The notes beneath the pieces are model-generated. The model was not told the DNA's origin. It searched no databases and was given only the letters and a program-made list of their open reading frames with translations. Shown here piece after piece: positions 49,573 through 57,328 of a stretch of DNA of 57,328 nt. The DNA comes from Octopus sinensis. Taxonomy: Eukaryota. Position numbers and translations under genes: made by a program. Each line of letters opens with the position of its first letter. Positions within the stretch are counted from its first letter, which is position 1. The DNA lies in the NCBI RefSeq assembly GCF_006345805.1, contig NW_021833937.1:1-57328 (forward strand), in the 5' to 3' direction.

Positions 49573-49876
49573 CAATCACAATCTCTTACAATACTATGAC
49601 CCCAATAGGCTTCATACGATTCTTGGAAGCGTAGTCTATTCTTAGCTACAATAGCGACAACATGAATTTCTTCCATCTTCTTGCTCTATTAAAATATTTG
49701 AGAAAAATTATATTAATGTGTCCTACTTGTTAAAATTCCAATTATGTATTTGTGCAGCTGAAGATGGCACTGCATTTAAATTGATGTAATGATTGCATTG
49801 TTCAATTAAATGGACCCCCTTGAAAATGTCTCACTGCATCACTACTTGATATCCTGTTGCTTATTTTGACTATATA

Positions 49877-49907
<31 letters not shown>

Positions 49908-49958
49908 TATATATATACCTATATATACACATACACACACACATATATATATATATAC

Positions 49959-49990
<32 letters not shown>

Positions 49991-51052
49991 ATATATATAT
50001 ACATATATATACACATATACACACACACACACATATATATACATATATATACACATATACACACATATATATATATACACACACACATATATATATATGG
50101 TATGAGGCGAAACAGCCTGCTGCTAGCCATCTTATTTTCTTTACTATATACTGAACCTTACAAAGGTCCTGACAATTAATTTGTCGTATTTACATACCGA
50201 AATTTACCGGTAAATAATTGTTGGTTACATGAAAAAACCACAGGAAAATTGTTTACCATTTTTATTGCATTACCATGTGGATTCCTCATTCCATTACGAT
50301 TACCCAGAAGGAGCGCATGGCAGAATTTTGGAGGGAAAATTTACTTCTCAGTCGTTACTTAGTTTTAACATCTGCGCACTTCCCCCCACTATCTGATGTC
50401 GCGGGTCAGAAGTGAGGGCTGGTGCATTTGGTAAGCTATCGAATATGGCGTGATGACGGAATTCAAACTACTCTTTCTATGTTTGTGATCCAGAAACACG
50501 GTGTTCGCTATTAACGGTAAGTGACTGCTTTCGTATATTTGCCACTCCGGTTTGTGTGTATGTGAGCCGTAAGGGCCTTCGTTTTTGAATCTCCACTTAT
50601 AGAAAATGGAAAAAAACGGTCTTTGACTGTCATTTCTAATTCCTTCGGTATGAGGCGAAACAAACCTGCTGCTAGCCATCTTATTTTCTTTACTATATAT
50701 ATATATATATATTATATATATATGTGCATGTATTTGTGTGTCTGTGTTTGTCCCCCTGCCATCGCTTGACAAATGATGTTGGTGTGTTTATGTCCCCGTA
50801 ACTTAGTGGTTCAGCAAAAGAGACTGACAGAATAAGAACAAAGTTTACAAAGAATAAGTCCTGGGGTCGATTTGATCGACTAACACCCTTTAAGGTGGTG
50901 CTCCAGCATGGCTACACTTAAATTACTGAAACAAGTAAAAGAATAAAAGAATATGTTTTGTTTCTTAAAGTCTGGAAAGTTGTGCAATGCATAGGATGTT
51001 GTTTTGTATGATTTAGTACAAGTCTGGCCTATATTTCTTTGTCTGTTCACAG

Positions 51053-51146
51053 TGAACCCTACAATTTCTTACGACATTATCAAAGGATTTGCATTCCAGG
51101 CTATCGCCAACGCCCTGGTCTCTGTCGACTCATTTTTCTTACTGAG
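51053..51146 (+). CDS. NRF-6-like acyltransferase, exon 7
   Basis: Acceptor ctgttcacag. Encodes (M)NPTISYDIIKGFAFQAIANALVSVDSFFLL+AG, giving the VD.FF.LSG motif across the junction. Donor gtaagc. Confidence 0.94.
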
Positions 51147-51633
51147 GTAAGCAGAAAACTGTCATCATCATCATCTCACCTTTATTGTTCTTGGCTTTTC
51201 TATCATTAGCATTATTATCATAATCATCAACACCACCACCATCACTATCATTGTTATCACCACCACTAACACCATCATTAGCATTTAATATTTTTTGATT
51301 TTAATAAGTGTGTGTGTGTATGATGGGCTGTATGTGTGTGTGTGTGTGTGTTAGACTTGTCTGTACAATACCTACCTCCCACCGCAACCATCCCCCACCT
51401 CTGTCTCCCACTACACCCTTCTCTGTCCCACCTCTCTCACTACCTCCTTCTTTCTCCTCATCCCCTTCCCTAACCCTCCCTCTAACAGTTGCCTCCCACT
51501 ACAACTCCTTTCTATCAACTACCTCCCACTACCCCCTTCTCCATCATTTCCACACCCCTCCACCCTTCTCTGTCACCTACCTATTCACCCCCCTCTCTCA
51601 CAACACTCACTGCCTCTCATTCTTCCTCTACAG

Positions 51634-51726
51634 TGGTCTCCTAGTCTCTTACAGTACCCTAAGGGCCATGAAAGCCAATGGAGGCAAGATGAACTGGTTC
51701 TACTTCTACATCCATCGATTCTGGCG
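51634..51726 (+). CDS. NRF-6-like acyltransferase, exon 8
   Basis: Acceptor cttcctctacag. Encodes (S)GLLVSYSTLRAMKANGGKMNWFYFYIHRFW+CG. Donor gtaagt. Confidence 0.94.
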
Positions 51727-51859
51727 GTAAGTACCTCCCACACCATTATTATTATTATTATTATTATTATTGAGTGAGAGAGCAGTGCAGGCCATCAATC
51801 CCTCAAAAATGCTGCCCTCGGGGCAAAATTTGAAACCATTATTATTATTATTATTATTA

Positions 51860-52041
51860 TTGGGTTGTCCAGAAAGTTTGTGCCGATTTACAGTAGCTTA
51901 TCTTTCGACTTACCCTTCCGAGACACCTCAATCTGGGAAGAGGGTATTTTCAAGTTAAAGGAAAGATGGAGACGCATTGTGCAACAAAATGGTTCATATT
52001 TGGTTAATTAAAAATCGGCACGCACTTTCCGGACAACCCAA
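51860..52041 (+). mobile_element. Mariner-derived MITE
   Basis: TIRs TTGGGTTGTCCAGAAAGT / ACTTTCCGGACAACCCAA with TA on both sides. Interior is made of pieces of the 14.8-15.3 kb mariner. Confidence 0.9.
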
Positions 52042-52060
52042 TATAATACATTGTTTACCA

Positions 52061-52552
52061 TCTTTATATATAAATTTGAGGTTGTGTGTGTGAGACTCTG
52101 TCTCCTCCGATTTAGATTCCTAACTACTCCCACATTTTGTGGTGCAGTTTAACCAAAACCGGGTATCCTATAGTCGTGATTCATATCGAGCCCTTCTGGG
52201 TATTAGCGCGCATCTACGATGAGTCTACGATTTAAAAAAAAATTTACCATCATTTTTTTCCATTTTAATGCATTTTTTCGCTATTATATAAGGAAAGTAA
52301 CTAAAAATGTCTACGATGAGTTAACGATTAAAAAAAAATTTTACCATCATTTTTTTCCATTTTAATGCATTTTTTCACTATTATATAAGGAAAGTAACTA
52401 AAAATGTCTACGATGAGTCAACGATTAAAAAAAAAAATTTACCATCATTTTTAATGATTTTTGCTCGGCTTATATAAGGGAAGTAACTCTCTAAACATGC
52501 TTATATAGTTATTTCCCTTACAAACCCGAGCAACGCCGGGCGATACTGCTAG
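52061..52552 (+). mobile_element. Non-autonomous Helitron, same family, with internal duplications
   Basis: Same 5' TC start, body and cccgagcaacgccggg...CTAG|T end as 45735-46118. Confidence 0.8.
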
Positions 52553-52598
52553 TTGTGTATAGAATGCAAGTTAAATTGATGTTTTTGTCTTTCTTCAG

Positions 52599-52770
52599 TC
52601 TGACGCCGCCTTACATGCTCTTGATGATGCTCTATATACCTTTGTTCCGATACATGGGACACGGCCCCTTCTGGCCCCCGCAGGGACTCGAGAAGGACTT
52701 CTGCAAAAATTCTTGGTATTACAATCTTTTCTACATCAACAATTTTATGCCCAACGCCTCAAAAAATATG
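52599..52770 (+). CDS. NRF-6-like acyltransferase, exon 9
   Basis: Acceptor ctttcttcag. Encodes (R)LTPPYMLLMMLYIPLFRYMGHGPFWPPQGLEKDFCKNSWYYNLFYINNFMPNASKNM, with the RxxRLTP and W..NL.Y.NN motifs. Donor gtaagt. Confidence 0.95.
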
Positions 52771-52964
52771 GTAAGTTGATGTCTACTTAACCATCATCCA
52801 CCCCCAACCCCAACACCACCACCCACCCTATCTACCCTGTATAGCTTCCCCTGCCGTCCACCCCACAAAAAGACTCTAATACCATATGCCATACCTGTTT
52901 CTTTACTACCCACAACGGGCTAAACACAGAGAGAACAAACAAGGACAGACAAACGGATTAAGTT

Positions 52965-53590
52965 GAGGATTGCCCCGCCGACCTCCTTTAACCAGGAGGG
53001 CAAGGCAGTTTTCCTTTGCCTAGTGGCTGTAGCGAGAGAGGTGGTATGGTGGACCCGTTTGAAAGGGCTAAGGTCAGACACTTTCCTCTTTGGCCAAGGC
53101 CTCGTCAACTTTGTCAAGTTTCACTTGAAAAGGAAGATGAGAGTAGAGAGGGAAGTGATGTCTGGTAGCAAGTTTATTGAAAGTGGGTGAATGTCTGGAA
53201 GAATGGTCAGTATGAACGGACCAATTCTGAGGATACACCTGTGAGAATTAAAAGGTAATATAAAATGAGAAAGGGGCTCTCTACCCACCTTTTGACCAGG
53301 CTCCCATAGCTTTTATGGGTTAGATATTATGTAGTATAAAAAAGTATTATAAAAGGAGAAAGGGGCTCTCTATCCCCCTTTTGACCAGGCTCCCGTGGCT
53401 TTTATGGGTTTTCCCACGTAACCCTTTCGAAGCGCCTCCCCCTATTGGGAGTTTTAATTGTTACTTATATTTCGTTGTCATCCTGCTTTTGTACATGGAC
53501 CTTTTTCAAACGGACAAAACCCTTTGTAACTTTCGTCCTGTGTTTTGTCCCTTTATGTGGCCAATAAACGAACGAATTATCATTATTATT
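52965..53590 (+). mobile_element. L1/Tx1-like LINE 3' fragment
   Basis: ORF 52963-53190 (VFLCLVAVAREVVWWTR...FVKFHLKRKMRVERE) resembles the Tx1/L1 ORF2 C-terminus. Followed by a UTR with an internal duplication, AATAAA near 53563 and an (ATT)n tail. Confidence 0.55.
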
Positions 53591-53614
53591 ATTGTTGTTG
53601 TTGTTATGTTGCAG

Positions 53615-53694
53615 TGTATGGGATGGAGCTGGTACCTGGCCAATGACATGCAGTTCTATTGGATCAGCCCCCTTATTATTATTCCCCTCTACAA
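53615..53694 (+). CDS. NRF-6-like acyltransferase, exon 10
   Basis: Acceptor atgttgcag. Encodes CMGWSWYLANDMQFYWISPLIIIPLY+AA, the hallmark C..WSWYLA.DMQFY motif. Donor gtaagt. Confidence 0.95.
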
Positions 53695-53758
53695 GTAAGT
53701 AATCTCTCCCCCCTCCACACTCACACCTTACAGAATTAACAGAGCTGAGAAGCATTAA

Positions 53759-54222
53759 CCCTTTCATTACCAACTGGCAAAACCGGCTCTGGCTCTGTGG
53801 TAAAATGTTTCTTTCATAAGTTTTGAATAAAATCTTCCACAAACCTTAGTCACAATTTAGTCCAACACTAGCTGAATGAAACTAAGTTATTTTACTAAAT
53901 TCTTTGTTATATTTAAAATAATTGACAGAAACCACAGAGCATCTCAGCAGAAATATGGTAACAAAAAGGGTTAAGATATAGAATAGAGAAACAATTCTTA
54001 ACCCTTTTGATACCAACCTGGCTGAAACCACCTCTGGCTCTTTAGTACAAATGTCTTGTTTTCATAAGTTTTGAATTAAAATCTTCCACCAAACCTTAGT
54101 CACAATTTATGTTCCTAACACTAGCTGAATGATAACTAAGTTATTTTACTAAATTCTTTGTTATATTTAAAATAATTGACAGAAACACAGAGCATCTCAG
54201 CAGAAATATGGTAACAAAAGGG
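53759..54222 (+). mobile_element. piggyBac-type composite MITE, 2 units
   Basis: TTAA-flanked; same body and spacer. Confidence 0.85.
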
Positions 54223-55750
54223 TTAAGGGACAGTGTGGGACATTCAGCTAGGGAGAAACAGAACATCTCTCAGTGGCAGGGCAATGCCCTCAAGATAGTT
54301 GTACCCTAGCAGGATCAGGGTGGATTTCACTGCCTTTAAATCGTTGTCACCATCCTCATCTGCTCTCAGAAACAGTCTATGTACAAATACGTCAATCATC
54401 CCGACCACGTCATCCAAACGGACCAAGTGAAACCAGGCTTAGCTGCTAGTATATACATATATATATATGATGATAATGATATATATATATATATATGATG
54501 GCTGCCCCCTCGTTATCGAGTATGGCCATTGCACGAAGCTTAACTGTTATTGGTGCTGTGATCGAATGTGACTTTTATTTGCTTTTTAAGACTACAGCCA
54601 GCTATTCAGTTGAGACTCACAGCACTAGCAACAATCATGAATAATGTTGTTATCGTGCAATACCTGTACAAGAAGATTTTTTTTTAAGTGAGGAAAAGCT
54701 GTGCACTGAGTCAATCCCACTCACTAAGCAACAGCAGCCATAATCCGAAAAGAAGAACAAGTCAACATCATCGGTAACCACTGAGCCGCAGGTTTTATGT
54801 TGGAGTTATCCCAGATACATGAGTTACCTTCTCCTAGAAGGATGCCCTGACAAAGGCTAGGAGTCCTTCACTCCCAATGATTTAACCGCACGATCGGGTA
54901 TTCAGTCCGATTATTTCTATGTCCCCGCGCATGATACAGCCTTAAGACATTTATTGGATGGCCGTTGACTCTCAAGAGTTCCTCCGCCCTTTGACGGGTT
55001 TTGTTTTTCATCCCGCAGGGTGTCCAATAAACACCCTCCTCACCAAGCGAGCTTGGTGGGGCTGCCGGTTTAGTTGCCGATGGCCCGACCATGCAACAGG
55101 TTGTACTGGGTTACATGTTACCAGTAGCACTCGAAAGTGACCTGACACACACACATATATACTCTCTTTTTCTCTTTTACTTGTTTCAGTCATTTGACTG
55201 CGGCCATGCTGGAGCACCGCCTTTAGTCGAGCAAATCGACCCCGGGACTTATTCTTTGTAAGCCCAGTACATATTCTATCGGTAACTTTTGCCGAACCGC
55301 TAAGTGACGGGGACGTAAACACACCAGCATCGGTTGTCAAGCAATGCTAGGGGGACAAACACAGACACACAAACACACATATACACATATATATATATAC
55401 ATATATACGACAGGCTTCTTTCAGTTTCCGTCTACCAAATCCACTCACAAGGCATTGGTCGGCCCGGGGCTATAGCAGAAGACACTTGCCCAAGGTGTCA
55501 CGCAGTGGGACTGAACCCGGAACCATGTGGTTGGTAAGCAAGCTACTTACCACACAGCCCCACACACACACACAATGGGTGAAGGTGCAGGGCTCAGTGT
55601 TTAAAGCTTAGGGCCTACGATGATGGGGCAGTGAGCTCACCAGACATCTGTGACTGTTCTGGCAGCTGGATGCCCTTCCTAGAATCAACCACTTTACAGT
55701 GTGGACTGGGTGCTTTTCACATGGCACCAGCACTGACAGGGTCACCAAAT

Positions 55751-56617
55751 AGCTTACAAGACCAAAACAAATTCACCTGGAATTTGCATCACCGGTCTGG
55801 AACCCCTATCTTGCTCAGGATATCAATCGTCTGGAAGCTGTTCAGCGACGTGCAACCAAAAGAATACCCTCCATCAGGCATTTGCCATATCCTGAACGCC
55901 TTACTTCTTCCCTGGGCATGGACACATTGAAAATCCGACGTCTGGCAGCTGACTTGGCAGACACCCATAAAACTATTAACCATCTTACAAACAATAACTC
56001 TGAGCACCTTTTCAAACTCCACCTGTCTAACACCCGTGGACATATTTACAAAGTCAGAAAACAGCACAGCTCCTCCCATGACTTCAGGAAACATTTTTTC
56101 ACGCTGTGAGTTGCTGAAGCATGGAACAAACTGCCGGCATCAGTTGTTGGTTGTCGGAGCACTGCATCCTTCAAAACTTCCATGCTTCCTGAGATTCGCC
56201 AACACTACACTTGATTTTCTCCCCTCCATACACACACTGAAGCATGGAACAAACTGCCAGCATCAGTTGTTGGTTGTCGGAGCACTACATCCTTCAAAAC
56301 TTCCATGCTTCCTGAGATTCGCCAACACTACACTTGATTTTCTCCCCTCCATACACACGCTAAAGCATGGAACAAACTGCCGGCATCAGTTGTTAGTTGT
56401 CGGAGCACTGCATCCTTCAAGATTTCCATGCTTCCTGAGATTCGCCAACACTACACCTGATCTTCTCCTCCCCTCCATACACACACAGGCATGTATCTGA
56501 CTCATACATTGTTCACTTCCCAGACATTTGTACATTACTGCATGTACTTTATATGCACTGTCTGACAAGTTGTGGTGCACCTGAGCACTGTATACAATTA
56601 ATTTCATTATTATTATT
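55751..56617 (+). mobile_element. CR1/L2-type LINE 3' fragment, frameshifted, with 3 tandem copies of a 123-bp 3' unit
   Basis: Translates to HLEFASPVWNPYLAQDINRLEAVQRRATKRI, LGMDTLKIRRLAADL, NTRGHIYK and AWNKLPASVV, followed by a 3'UTR ending in (ATT)n. Confidence 0.88.
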
Positions 56618-56675
56618 AAAGAGAAAAAAAGGTGATATGCATTTCTCAATGTGTTTTTGATGTTGTCTCTTTCAG

Positions 56676-56789
56676 ATCGGCTAAACTCGGTCATCTCGTT
56701 GCCCTTCTGCTCCTTGTGGCCCATTTTGTGACAACCGCTGTCATAGCAACGCTCAATCACAGCGCTATTACATTTATAACACAACAACA
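56676..56789 (+). CDS. NRF-6-like acyltransferase, exon 11 (last exon visible; gene incomplete)
   Basis: Acceptor gtctctttcag. Encodes (K)SAKLGHLVALLLLVAHFVTTAVIATLNHSAITFITQQ+CA, a hydrophobic TM segment in the correct phase. Donor gtaagt at 56790, no stop codon. Confidence 0.88.
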
Positions 56790-56867
56790 GTAAGTAGTAT
56801 TTACATATGGAGATCAAGAGATGCTTGTGTGTGTGTAGTTATGTAAGTATGCTAGTTAGTTAGTTAG

Positions 56868-57328
56868 TTAATTAATTTTTTGGCTCAAAAAGCAAAAAGC
56901 AAGGCCATGTAAGGGGACATGGAGTTATGTACAGGGTGGTGATCATGTAAAGAGTTCAGGCCACTTGTGGTCAAGGGAGACTTTGAACCGAGCGGTCGTC
57001 GGCATCTTCACTATCTCGTCCGGCAGCTTATTCCACGGATCCGCAACCTGGACGGAGAAAGCCCCTCTCTTTCGATTGAGATGAAAGATCTAAACTAATT
57101 GGTACGGGCCAACCAAAGCCTTGTGAGTGGATTTGGTAGACGGAAACTGAAAGAAGCCCGTCGTATATATATGTGTGTGTGTAGAATATGAGGTGTTTAG
57201 TTCACTGATAAGTTAAGTTAATTTTTTGGCTCAAAAAGCAAGGCCATGTAGGAGGACATGGAGTTAGGTACAGGGTGGTGTTCATGTAAAGAGTTCAGGC
57301 CACTTGTGGTCAAGGGAGACTTTGAACC
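56868..57328 (-). mobile_element. Second CR1-type LINE 3' end, two partial copies with a SINE fragment between them
   Basis: Minus strand reads AFSVQVADPWNKLPDEIVKMPTTARFKVSLDHKWPELFT*. The segment at 56868-57000 recurs at 57213-57328. Confidence 0.7.

Noticed and set aside
49562-49640. Possible alternative exon after ttgctttcag in intron 6
   Set aside because: The AG belongs to the pogo-like MITE end; there is no family similarity and no suitable donor.
49767-49850. CTGAAGA...GAAA...GTC hammerhead candidate (similar ones at 7408, 30878, 31605)
   Set aside because: No convincing stem II or stem I in the correct register.
54230-55140. Short minus-strand ORF at 54244-54426 and an RTE-UTR-like stretch at 54500-55140
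   Set aside because: No recognisable domain or splice context; probably TE debris, but I cannot assign a family.

Overview
AT-rich, repeat-dense eukaryotic genomic DNA. Its SINE, MITE and microsatellite content resembles an octopod cephalopod (Octopus); this is recognition from memory, not a database hit. The only protein-coding gene I can support is on the + strand: an NRF-6/OACYL/drop-dead-like membrane O-acyltransferase (signal peptide, NRF domain, Acyl_transf_3 domain). Eleven GT-AG coding exons between 22127 and 56789 join in one frame (1679 nt, about 559 aa), and the gene continues past the window end. The rest is mobile DNA: at least five tRNA-derived or SINE-like families, RTE, CR1 and L1/Tx1 LINE fragments, mariner and pogo-like derivatives, piggyBac-type MITEs, non-autonomous Helitrons, Penelope-like (PLE) remnants, and mini/microsatellites. 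Four patterns stand out. (1) A tRNA-headed element ends in a Penelope-type minimal hammerhead-ribozyme motif and occurs as a head-to-head palindromic dimer, and several other fold-back repeats have hammerhead motifs at their centres. (2) A composite piggyBac-type MITE occurs as 2-12-unit arrays, each with fixed outer ends. (3) TE 3' segments are tandemly amplified with identical junctions at independent loci. (4) Several insertions of one SINE family are flanked by 60-200 bp direct duplications.
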